A stretch of 64,000 bases of DNA from Ascoidea asiatica JCM 7603 (lineage: Eukaryota; Fungi; Ascomycota), in contig BCKQ01000001.1 in assembly GCA_001600695.1 (NCBI GenBank), positions 2,389,880-2,453,879 on the forward strand, read 5' to 3'. Made by a program: the position numbers and the translations under genes. Below the pieces are notes generated by a model. It was not told where the DNA came from and did no database searches. It was given only the letters and a program-made list of their open reading frames with translations. Below, in pieces: positions 12,336 through 23,272 of the stretch (position 1 is its first letter; each line of letters opens with the position of its first letter).

Positions 12336-13979
12336 TCTATATAGGGTTTAAATTAAGCTTATGGTTACCAATTTCTATATACAGAACTAGAAACCTTATC
12401 CAAGGTTTCAGGGACTCGGTGCATACTCGCAAGAACATGTTGTTCCAGAAAGAATTTCAAAAACCAATATTCCTCTCTTCTTTTTGGGCTTATTATTACT
12501 AGATTAACAGATTTTTTAAAATTGAGATTGAAAATTAATCCCAACAAAACAAAAGGACATCTACATATTAGGATTTCAAAAAAAGGAAATTTTTAATTTC
12601 CATAAATATCCTTTTAGGTTGCCCAGTATCTATGTAAGTCGACATAGTATTTAAAAGAAATAAAAAACAAAAGTTTTAAAATTTTCAAAAAAACCTTTTC
12701 AGTGGTTATAAGAATTTTGAAAATAAAGAGCTTTCAAAGAAAAAATAATGTTGAAAACAATTGATTAAGTACACTTTTTAGCTTTCTAGAAGAATATGTG
12801 ATACTTTTGCGAAATATTTTTCCATTGAGTTCAAAATTGTCATAACATAAAATCTGATCTAAGGCAAAAGGTAAGACACTAAAACTACTATTACGTAGAG
12901 CAAAAAAAAGTCTAATTTCTGAATACTCACGTTATGGAAGTCCTTGGCTCAAATTCCAAATTTTAGCCAATTACCAGCCAGAAATTTAAAACTGCGAGAT
13001 AGATTTTTAGGATACTTGATTCTCAGATTCAATATAACTACAAACGAAAAAAAAGATTCTCTAGCATTTTATCAAAAAACAGATAAACCCTGGCAACTCT
13101 AACTTTCCTTTACAATTATCTGACACGAAGATTTTTGGATAGATCGAAACCCATTTTTGCTAGAGACACCTGCGTAGCCTGAGATTCTTGCCCCATCTTA
13201 AATATTTAGTTTCCTGCTGAGGCCGGTAGAAAACGTGACTTTATGCTTTATCCGGCTAAATATGTTCTCGGACCGGTTAAAATGGGTTGGTAAGGCGAGT
13301 AAATACAACGGCCCGACATATCGGAATCAGAACTAAGTTGTATCTTGTAATTTTGCAAAAGCAAATTCGCACAATAAAATGTACTAAGTAGAGAAAAAGA
13401 AACTCCAATTAAGAAACTCATTTTAGAACTATTCAATAAATGACAAGTCTACCGAGGTGAAGCAGCATATTATCCTTCGTGAAAACTACAGAGTTGGTTA
13501 GAATGATAAAAAGAAACTTGGTTAGTGCAAAATTTAGTATTCCATTTCTAAGATTATTATAAATATTTTTAATGAAAACTAAGTAAGTAAGATTGATTAA
13601 TAAATTGTAAAATGAAAAAATGAAAAAATAATAAAATAATAAAATAATAAAGGGATCGGTTGGAAATTTTCTTTATCATTAGAAAAAGAGAGTAAAAAAT
13701 TCCATTAAATCAGCAATTAATAAAGTATAATCAAACTAAAAATAAAAAATAAAATGAATGTTTAAACTTTTGATAAAATATGTGTGGTATGACAAAAAAA
13801 AAAGGAAAGAAGAAAAAAAAAACTGAATTAAAAAAAGTAAACCTATTCGAAGTTTCTTATGAGTGGTATTAAAGAATAAAATTAAATAAATTTGATTTGA
13901 TAAAAAAAATAAAATCAAAACGGATAAAGTCAATCTAACAATAACAAAGAGTTTAAAAGTAAAAATCAACAAACTTAGT

Positions 13980-16900
13980 CTAATTGGAAACAGAAGCGGC
14001 TTCAGTTTTTACCTCAGTTTTTTCTTCGACTTTCTTTTCTAATTTTTCAATTTTAATTTTAAGATCAAAATATTCCTTGTTTAATTTTTCACTTTTAGAA
14101 GTTAGGTCTTCGATTTCTTTCTCTTTAACAGATTTTTCAGCTTCAATTTTCTTAAGTGCCTCGGTTTCTTTTAATAGGGATTTCTTCAAATCAATAACTT
14201 CTTTTAAGGCCTTCTCTTTTTCATTAGATGCCTCAACTAATTTATTTTTATAATCGGAAACGGATTTTTCAGTTTCAAGTATTTTTTTTTCATTCAAGCT
14301 AGCATCACCTCTCAATTTTTTAATTAATTCTTCTTTTTGAGCTGCCTCTACTTTCAATTGCTCAATATCCTTTCCAAATTTATTTAACTCAGAAGCCATT
14401 TTTGCAGAAGTTTCATTAGACAGTTTCAATTCTGCAGAAGTTTTCACCAAATCTTTGGATTTAAGCTCAATTTTTTCATTTAAGTCTTTCAAAGAGTTAG
14501 CTAGCTTGATATCAGCTTCTTTTAATTTAGATTTGTTTTCTTCAACTAGCTTTTCACTATTACTAATTTTAGCTTTCAAATCATTAATAGAAGCACTTGA
14601 ATTTTTTAATTCTTCAACTTTTGTTTTAACTTCTTTCTCTAAAGAAGAAATTTTACTTTCCGCTGTGCTAACACTCTTTTTTAATTCTACAGCCTCCGAT
14701 CTACTTTTTCCCAAATCAGCTTTTGTTTTAGTTAAATCATCGTTTGTAGATTGAATTTTTTTTTCTAATTCATCACTATTCTTTGTTAGTTCTTCTTTAA
14801 CTTTCAAAAGAGCAATTTCATTTTTTTTACTTTCAGACAATGAAGATTTAGCTTCTTCTAGGTTTTTGGTAATTTCCGATTTTTTTACAGAAATACTGTC
14901 AAATAGTTTTTGGCTTTCCTTCAAAGATGTATCAATTTTTTCACCTTTATCAACTTCATTTTTGACATCTAATTCTAATTTTTTGATAATAATAGATTTA
15001 TCATTCGATTCTTTTTTAGCATCTTCAACAAATTTCTTAAAATCAGTTAATTGCTTGGATAATAAACCGGATTTTTCATTAGCAGCTTTTAATTCTGTAA
15101 GAACTTTTTTCAATTCAGCTTCTTTTGAAGAAGTTACTTTTTGGGACTCTTCAATTATTTTTTTCATAGAATCTATTTCCGCAACTAAAAGCGAAGATTT
15201 TTCAGTTAATACTTTCAATTCTGAAACTTTATTCTCGATATCTTTATTTGACATGTCTAAAGATTTCTTCATGCTTGAAATATCATTGCTTAAAGATAAT
15301 GATTTATCGTTTGATAATTTTAATTGATCACTTGTTTTTTTAAGTTCACTGGTTTTAGAAGAAATTTCATCATTCAATTGTTTTACTGTTGATTTTAACT
15401 CAACTTCTTTCCCTTCTAATTTTTTTTGACTTTCTTGTAAGTTTTTTTGATAGTCTGAAATTTTAGTATTTAGAGATTCGATAGAATTATTGGCTTTTTT
15501 TAATTCTTCGACTTTTAATTTGATGTTATTTTCAGATTCTGTTGCTTTTGCATTAGTAGATTTAGTTAATTCATCTAATTCGGAGCATTTTTTCATTAAA
15601 TCCTTTTGAGTTTTAGTTAATTCAGTATTTGCAATAGTAAGTTTACTTTCCAACTCTTTTTTGAAATGTGCTAATTCTTCTTTCTCTTTCGAAAGATTGA
15701 TTCCAATCATTTTACTATCTGCCAAAGATTTTTCCAAGTTTGCTACATTTTCTGATAAAGTGTTGATTTTACCGTCCTTTTCGGCCAAACATGTCTTATT
15801 TGTAGCTAAAGATTTTGTTGCTTCAGTGAAGGAGATTGTTAAAGATTCAAATTTTTTTAATTTTAATAAACTCTTCATTTCTAAATCTTTAAGTAAAACT
15901 TCTGTACTAGATTTTTGCTGTTCAGTAGTAAGTAACTTAGCTTTCAACGAATCAAGCTCTTTTGATTGTTTGGCAAATTCCTCTTTTTGAGTTGTGATAG
16001 TTGATTTAGATTCTTTATCTAACTTAGCATAATCTGCTTTAGCAGTTTCAAGCTCTTTAGATAGTGAAATTAATTCCTTAGATTTATTCTCAATCTCACT
16101 AGATAATTGTTCAGTTTCTTTTTTGAAAATTTGTAAAGAAGAAGTGATTTTTTTAATTGTTTCTTCTTTAATGGCAATATCTTTTTCAAATTCGTTAATA
16201 ACGGTTTTATTGGTATCAAGAGAAATATTAAGAGCTGCAATCTTATTTGATAAATCTTCGTTTCTTTTTTTTTCTTCCCCTAATTTCAAATTTAGCTCTT
16301 TTATCACTTGGGCATTGTTAGTAGTAATATCTTTTATCTTTAGTTCAAGGGATCCAATTTCTTTTACTTTCATCTGTAAACTACTCTCTGTATTGGATAA
16401 ACTGGCTTTGCTTTTCTCTAATTCCGCTTTCAAAGAAGTGAGATTCTCACTAAGCTTTTTCATAGTAATGGAGTTTTCCGAACCTGTTAACGTTAATCTT
16501 TTTATTTCTTTTTCCTTTTGAGCAGAAGTTTCGCTGAGCTTTAAATTTAGATCTTCTAACAGTCTAGATCTTTCTTCAATTTGAGCAGTTAAGGTCTTGA
16601 TTTTCCCATTTTTATCATTAAGTTCAGTGGTTAAAGAATTTTTCTCCTTTTCAAATGTATCTTTTTGAATATTTAATTCTTTGATTTTGGTTGAATAACC
16701 ACTAATTTCAGAGCCTTTAAGTTTTAGCTTTTCTTCACCTTCAGATTTTTCTTTTTTTAATTGAGATATTTGAGTATTAACTGTCTTTAATTTGTTCTCC
16801 AAGAGATCAATTGTTTTTTGAAAGGAAGTATTTTCATTAACTAATAGATTAATCTTTGAAGTCAATTGAGTATTAAGCTCTGTTGTCTTGTCCATTTCAG

Positions 16901-17063
16901 ACTGTTTGAGAGCTAATTGATCATCGCGATCTTTGCTAGTAAGTTCAATTTCATTTGCAAACTCTTTTCTCAATTCCTCTGAAATTTTCTTTTGAGCAGA
17001 ATTATCAAACACTTTTGTTAATACTAAAGTGAAAATTGCTGAACCAGCTATTTCAGCAAACAT
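13980..17063 (-). CDS. 1027-aa uninterrupted coiled-coil protein with short N-terminal hydrophobic segment; family not recognised
   Basis: N-terminus MFAEIAGSAIFTLVLTKVF, then continuous heptads. I found no Pro or Trp. Internal 42/35/42-aa repeats and a longer (~290 aa) duplication. Confidence 0.85.
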   Translation of the reverse strand: MFAEIAGSAIFTLVLTKVFDNSAQKKISEELRKEFANEIELTSKDRDDQLALKQSEMDKTTELNTQLTSKINLLVNENTSFQKTIDLLENKLKTVNTQISQLKKEKSEGEEKLKLKGSEISGYSTKIKELNIQKDTFEKEKNSLTTELNDKNGKIKTLTAQIEERSRLLEDLNLKLSETSAQKEKEIKRLTLTGSENSITMKKLSENLTSLKAELEKSKASLSNTESSLQMKVKEIGSLELKIKDITTNNAQVIKELNLKLGEEKKRNEDLSNKIAALNISLDTNKTVINEFEKDIAIKEETIKKITSSLQIFKKETEQLSSEIENKSKELISLSKELETAKADYAKLDKESKSTITTQKEEFAKQSKELDSLKAKLLTTEQQKSSTEVLLKDLEMKSLLKLKKFESLTISFTEATKSLATNKTCLAEKDGKINTLSENVANLEKSLADSKMIGINLSKEKEELAHFKKELESKLTIANTELTKTQKDLMKKCSELDELTKSTNAKATESENNIKLKVEELKKANNSIESLNTKISDYQKNLQESQKKLEGKEVELKSTVKQLNDEISSKTSELKKTSDQLKLSNDKSLSLSNDISSMKKSLDMSNKDIENKVSELKVLTEKSSLLVAEIDSMKKIIEESQKVTSSKEAELKKVLTELKAANEKSGLLSKQLTDFKKFVEDAKKESNDKSIIIKKLELDVKNEVDKGEKIDTSLKESQKLFDSISVKKSEITKNLEEAKSSLSESKKNEIALLKVKEELTKNSDELEKKIQSTNDDLTKTKADLGKSRSEAVELKKSVSTAESKISSLEKEVKTKVEELKNSSASINDLKAKISNSEKLVEENKSKLKEADIKLANSLKDLNEKIELKSKDLVKTSAELKLSNETSAKMASELNKFGKDIEQLKVEAAQKEELIKKLRGDASLNEKKILETEKSVSDYKNKLVEASNEKEKALKEVIDLKKSLLKETEALKKIEAEKSVKEKEIEDLTSKSEKLNKEYFDLKIKIEKLEKKVEEKTEVKTEAASVSN

Positions 17064-17512
17064 GGTTACAAGCGTTGGATTTTGAGAACGAAATGGAAAA
17101 ATTTTGAAAATATATTACTATTCAAAAACTTATTTGCTGAAAATAAAAATAAAATAGTTAATAATGATAATGATATAAAGCCTGATTTATTTGAAAAAAA
17201 ACTAATTGATAAACTGTTATTAAGTTTTGTAAAGAAATTTATTTGAAAAAATAATTGGATACACGTATAATTTGGAAGATACTGCAACTATTAACATATG
17301 TATTTTTTAACATAATTCTTGATATTACGCCTACAGTAGTGTTATGTAATCTTTCAACTATGGACTATTTACATTCTTTACCGTTAATTATTAAAGGTTG
17401 ATTTCCAGATTTGCTGATTTGGCCTTATTTTTTCGATTCGTCATTTTACGATTCAAAACCTTGGAAATTCTTTTTTTTTAGGTCAATCAATCTTCACACT
17501 GAAAGTTAGGTC

Positions 17513-17609
17513 AAAATGCGCGCGTTTTAAGATTTCATAGCCCACAGAATTTGGCTTAATGGAAAAAGCGTCAGGTTTACTATGGATAACGCATAATGCA
17601 CGCGTTTTT
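17513..17609. promoter_or_regulatory. MCB (ACGCGT) site and a CGCG cluster forming an imperfect inverted pair upstream of the coiled-coil gene
   Basis: ACGCGT at 17600-05 and GCGCGCGT near 17518-25. AAAATGCGCGCGTT and AATGCACGCGTTTT are near reverse complements. Confidence 0.5.
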
Positions 17610-17925
17610 AATCAACAACTTTAGAAGCATCAACTTTTAACATCTAACAAAGTCAAATCATTTACCAAAACAATCATAAAACATTCATAGAACTGTTATC
17701 AAAAAAAAAAAGCATTTGTAGGTATTAATATAACTCTTATTTTTTTAGCTCGGAATTCGCACTTTTGTTTTTTTATGTTTTTTTGAGTGGCATTACGCTT
17801 ATCGCTTTTTTTTCTACTTGAGTTTCTTATCTTTTGTACTCATTTTTCTCCAAATAATAAAATTATTTATTAACGACTAATTATTTACAAAACTTATAAA
17901 TGGTATCCTTTTTGGAATCATTTTA

Positions 17926-20582
17926 TCATTTTGTTTCCCATTGAGCAAAAACACACCATGCTACACCAGCATCAGTTGTTACTAATCCTTTCCAAATGCC
18001 AGAAGCATCGATCATTGTTTTAGCCTCCCATTCTCCATAGGGTTCATTAGGATTTCTTTTTTGTAATTCAATAATTCTACCTTCAGGACTTTGTATTGAT
18101 AGCTTTGTATTATTAGAAAGAAAACTTCTATTCAAGCTTTTTGATGGATGTTGCACGATTTTGAAGACATATGAAGAATTATTCAACAATTTTCCAACCT
18201 GGGGCTCCTTAACATATAAATCTTGATTTTGACACATTGGTGTTGGATATCTTGAAACAAAGGTCATTGATTTCAGAGACTCCCCTTCATGATATAATGG
18301 AATAGATATTGATAATGGATGAATATCTTCCAAATTTTTTTGCATACCTCTAGGACCTGCATGAATTTCAAGAAACCCCATTGATGATTTACTAGGCAAC
18401 AAAGCTTTAATCTTATAAAACTTTCGATTTGATTTCCAATAAACTTGACAAATAGTTAATGATTTTGCAGGATTTATTTTCATCATTTTTGCATTATTTC
18501 CGGAAAGATTGGAATTATATGATTCTGTTATGTCACCTGAATTAATAGTTGAAAATACTTCAATGCAGCTTGGAACTTCTAAATCCATTTCAAAAATTTC
18601 TTGGTCTTTCATTCTAGTAAATGCCCTATTATATCGATATAATCTCAACTGATTTTTGAAAAAACTTGGCAAGCAAACAGGTAATGAAGATGCAATTAAC
18701 GAATCTATAGGCGGGACAATGTGTTGATGCTCTACCAATAATGGAATATGTGTATATATCAATTCTAGAGGTTTGACAAGAAAATATATCGAGTTATCTT
18801 TATAATCACGAGTCATCAGTGTCATGGAACCAAATGAAGAATCAGGATCTTCTCTTTTGAAATTATCATGTTTATTATAAGCTCTTAAAGAATCACCTAA
18901 AGGATTCGATTTATTAGCAAGAAAACAATCAATGAATCTCCATTCCTGCTTTTCCACATTTTCATATTCAGTTATATCTTTTTTGTTGAGATAATCCAAG
19001 CCAATCAAAACTGAATTCCATATATGATTAGATTGTAAATTTTCAGTATCAGAAAATGGATCTTTGAGGCAACCTAAAATAAGTTCATTTTTAATTCCCA
19101 ATTGGTCAAGAAAAAATTTGAATAGCCATGCAATTTCATATTTATTACCTTGACGATTTCTGAAAACTTGACTTAAATTGCTTGGCTCATATCTCACATC
19201 CATCTGAGGTTGTTGAATTGTATTAATCAATTCCATTTTTTCTGTGCAAAAAATGTATACAGCTCTTATTATATCCATAGTAGAGCTATATTTTACCCCA
19301 ATTTCATTGCTGATAAATGTTTTAGGAGAAACATATGGTAAAGACTTCAACCCTTTCACAAATGTGTCGACCATTTTGAAACGAATTAAAAGGGTTTTAC
19401 CAAACTCCTGTTCTATTTCATCTTCACCTATCTCATCTTTAGTTATTGGAGGAGGAGGTAATCTTTTGAGACGACTATTAGTTACTTTTCTATCACCTAC
19501 TATAACTTTTTCATTTACATTGACTTTTTTAATCATTTTATGAGGTTCTAATATTATAAAATTTTCTCTTTCGAGTACTCTCTTAATTCTTTGTTGCTTC
19601 TCTTTTGAAGATAGGGATCCAGATCTATTTAATTCTGATCTTCCTTCAATATACACAGCTTCGTCATCTAAGTTATCAATCAATAAGTCATTGAAATTTT
19701 TAGTCATAGTTTTTGGATTATTATTACTTACTTTACTTGCACTACTTTCGTTAATGGTTGATTTGAATAGCTTTTTGAAAAAGCTTTGCTTTGTTGCTTT
19801 TCTATTTTTTTGTTCACCAAATAAAATTTCCAAAGGATCAAAGTTTGGATCAAAATTTGGATCACTATTTATATTGTTATCCGCATACTCTTTTTGAAGT
19901 TTTGCAATTCTCTGTTGTTTTTCTTTTTCATAAAGTTCTTTGTCTATAACTTCTTGAAATTGACCCAGAGGAATTGTGTTAACCTTAGTATCTGCTACTC
20001 TTTTATAGTAACCAGTTTTCATAAATTCACTTGGAATATCATTTTGAAAATCTTCAATTTTTACTTGTGTAGGCAATTGAACATGAATAGGTTTAGGAGA
20101 AGGAGATGAAGAATGAGTAGGAACAGGAGGAGCAAAACTTTCTTTTTGTTTATGTCTCAGATAACTGCCTGCACTAGTAGCACTAAAACTAGTTAGATCT
20201 GTTGAAGCAGAAAAGGTTGAGTCAGCTACGCTATCTGCTGTTTGACTTAAGTAATAAGGGCCGGAAGAATTAGAATAAAAGGCTGCAATTGGATTATTCG
20301 AATAATTATCATTTGTTGAAGTAGATAATGTTTCTGGATCATAAGGTGGTACAAAATCATTTGAAACTGGTGCAAATGAATTATTTTTTTGAATTAAACT
20401 TTTTATATAATTCATTTGCAGATCATCAAAATGTTGATTAAAGTCATTTTTATTGTATTGAAAACGTGCAGGCAATGATTGAATAGAAATATCTGGATTT
20501 GAAGAATCAGCAAATTCTCTAGGATAATGATTATAATTATTATCGTGCTTTGAATTGTGATGATTGTTAGTGTTATTGTAGA

Positions 20583-20637
<55 letters not shown>

Positions 20638-21570
20638 GATGCCATTATTATTATCGTGAAAAGAAGCAAGTAATTTATTATCAGAATAAGATTTTTTAAT
20701 TAGTGGAACAGTATGCTTTGGAGGTGGCGGAGGCACTAAATTATCGGAAGTGACAGACAGATTATCACTGAAATCATCATTATAATCATCATTAAAATCA
20801 TTTTGAGATAAAAATAGATTATTAAAAGAAACCTTTTTGGATATATTTTCAGCATTATCGCTACCAATTAAATTTTGATTTTCAAGTTTAATTGTTGAAC
20901 TATTCGAGAAATTTCTTGGTGGATTGTCCAAAGAAATATCATTATTTGAGAAAGAAGGGGGAATAGGAAAAGGAGGGACAAATGCTAAAGGCATTGAAGC
21001 CGATTTCGGTAAAAATTGATGTTGTTTTAATTGATTTTTTGGTTGAAACTGATTAAAACTTTGATTTGATATATTTTGAGGACTATTGATAATTTGGTGA
21101 TTATGAATACCATTAATATTATGGATATTGTTTCCAATATAAGATTCAGACACTTGCTTTTTGTGATGAATATTTTTTCTTTGTTTGGTTTGATTAAATT
21201 GATTAATTTGGTTATTTGGGTTAAAGTGATTAAGTTGATTAGCTTGAGCTAGTTGATTTGATTGATTAGGTAAACTGGGTTGATTAATTTGGTTAATTTG
21301 ATTAGATTGATTAGATTGACTAGGTTTGTTAGTGATTGAAAGATCTAATTTCTTTTCAGTTACTGGATCAATTAGCTCAACATAATTTGAGGGAAAATTA
21401 CCAGTCATTTTATTTCTTTTCAGTCTCCCATACCACCAGTTACCATCACCAAAACTTATAACTTCGATTTTCTCACCTTCAATAAAACCTAAATCATCAT
21501 TTTGCTCACCACCCCAAGAATAAGTTGCTTTTACCATGCAAGGTAAAGATATATTTGAAGGAATTCCCAT
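17926..21570 (-). CDS. CYK3: Cytokinesis protein 3 (N-terminal SH3 plus inactive transglutaminase-like domain)
   Basis: SH3 VKATYSWGGEQNDDLGFIEGE...WWYGRL...FPSNYV; PPPPPKH; SFSATSAGS; TGc-like NHIWNSVLI...WRFID; C-terminal WCVFAQW. Confidence 0.93.
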
Positions 21571-22384
21571 TTCAAATAATTTTGAGTAGTATAAAATATG
21601 AAAATTAAAAATATGAAGATATATGCTAAAAAAAAAAGTAAATTATATGAATTAGTTAAGTGAATTGAATGGAATTGAACTGAAATGAAGTAAAGTAAAT
21701 TGAATGAACTAATATAGTATTATATATTGATAGTTTATATTAATACATATATATATATATGCTTAGATTAGCTAAAATGAGGAATAACTAAGATTTAAAA
21801 GAAGAAAAGAAATGAACTCGATAGTTTGGATAATATCAATAAATTTAGATAGTTTGGATAAAAGTAGTTTGAAATTAGTTTTCTTAAAATTTTGAACTAC
21901 CAGCCATTCGCAATAAAGATAAAATTGACTGAAAATATACTGTAAGGGGAGAAATAAAAAAAATATATATATTCCAGGATCAAAATCGATGAATATAAAT
22001 TTTGAAACAGATTAATGACCGAAATGAAACCAGATGAAAAGTGAAGTTGAATTAAATTAAATTGATTTGGTTTAAATGAATTCTGGTTGAGTTGAAATGA
22101 AATGAAGTAAAAAGAATATAATATGAAAAAGGAATATTGAATTGGGGTTGAATGTGATGCTTTAGACTATTGTTCCATTGGAATATTTCTATTACTAGTA
22201 ACCATTCAGAAAATCGTATATCAGACTATCTACCTATTGCATCTATCTCGACATTTATTTTTATTTCTATATCTATTTCTATCTACCATACTTGAATTTC
22301 TACATGTATCTAAAATATATGGAACAAGTTACATGGAAGATAGTACTGCTTTGCTTCTCTTTACTTTTTTTTAGTGTAAATTGT

Positions 22385-22765
22385 CCAGAAGTCGTTGATT
22401 TTGAAATTGAGATGGATTAACTTGGATTAATTTGGATTAATGTTTATTATTGTTTATTTTGATTTTCTAGGATTTTTTTTTGATTTGCTCGATTTGTTTG
22501 CTAGGAAAGAGTGTAGTTTTTATTCGGTGCTGGAATACGCATGTTTTTGTCAACACTCGACCTGTGCTTCTTTGTTGCCGTTGGTGGTTCTCGATTTTTC
22601 TGCACTGGACGGTGTTGATGTTTTACCTCTTTAGGAGCACAGTCTAACCGGGCTGGTTCATTTCGTGGCTTCCGCGTCAGACAGAGTAGTTAAACAGAAA
22701 TAGACGGGAGGTCACGAGAACACGTTCAGAGGTAAAATATCCACATAGTTGGCGACGACTTCATC
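22385..22765 (+). other. GC-rich island forming a long nested stem-loop in the divergent promoter region upstream of CYK3
   Basis: GATGTTTTACCTCT 22617-30/AGAGGTAAAATATC 22728-41; inner TTCGTGGCTTCC(G)CGTC 22662-78/GACGGGAGGTCACGAG 22703-18; outer GAAGTCGTTG 22388-97/CGACGACTTC 22753-62. Confidence 0.65.
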
Positions 22766-23272
22766 AAAAGTGGTTATTTTTTGAAATTTAATTTTAATAG
22801 GAAATACAAGATTAGCAAATATGTGGCTGGGAATTGAGAGAGTTGGTAAACGTTAAGGAGGTTGAATGCTGATTTTGGTAACGTTAACAATAAATATTCG
22901 ATACTTAATAATCATAAAAACAGGACAATCAACATTTTTTTTTCATGAAATATACTTTCAATAATATCCAGATGAGAACAATTGTTTTGAATACCAACTT
23001 TAGTCTATTAAATAATCCAATTATCTGCTTTTTTCTGTTAGATTAATATATCGTATTCATTCCAGATTATCTTTATCACTTCAACTATTCTTGGCAATAA
23101 TGCTCGCTTTATCTCATGAGCACCCTTTTTTGAAATAAAATCAATAAACACTAATAAAGCAACAACACTCATATTACAATATATACTCAATTACTTTATA
23201 TTTAGTGCAAATACCATACTATCTCATAATATAAGTCTGAAATAGATCTATAATTATAATCAATAATATATT

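Noticed and set aside
13984-16521. Several + strand ORFs antisense to the coiled-coil gene
   Set aside because: Shadow ORFs produced by the codon bias of the real minus-strand gene. The same applies to antisense and alternate-frame ORFs inside CLG1, CYK3, IES4, NST1, SSB, CMR2 and IDH1.
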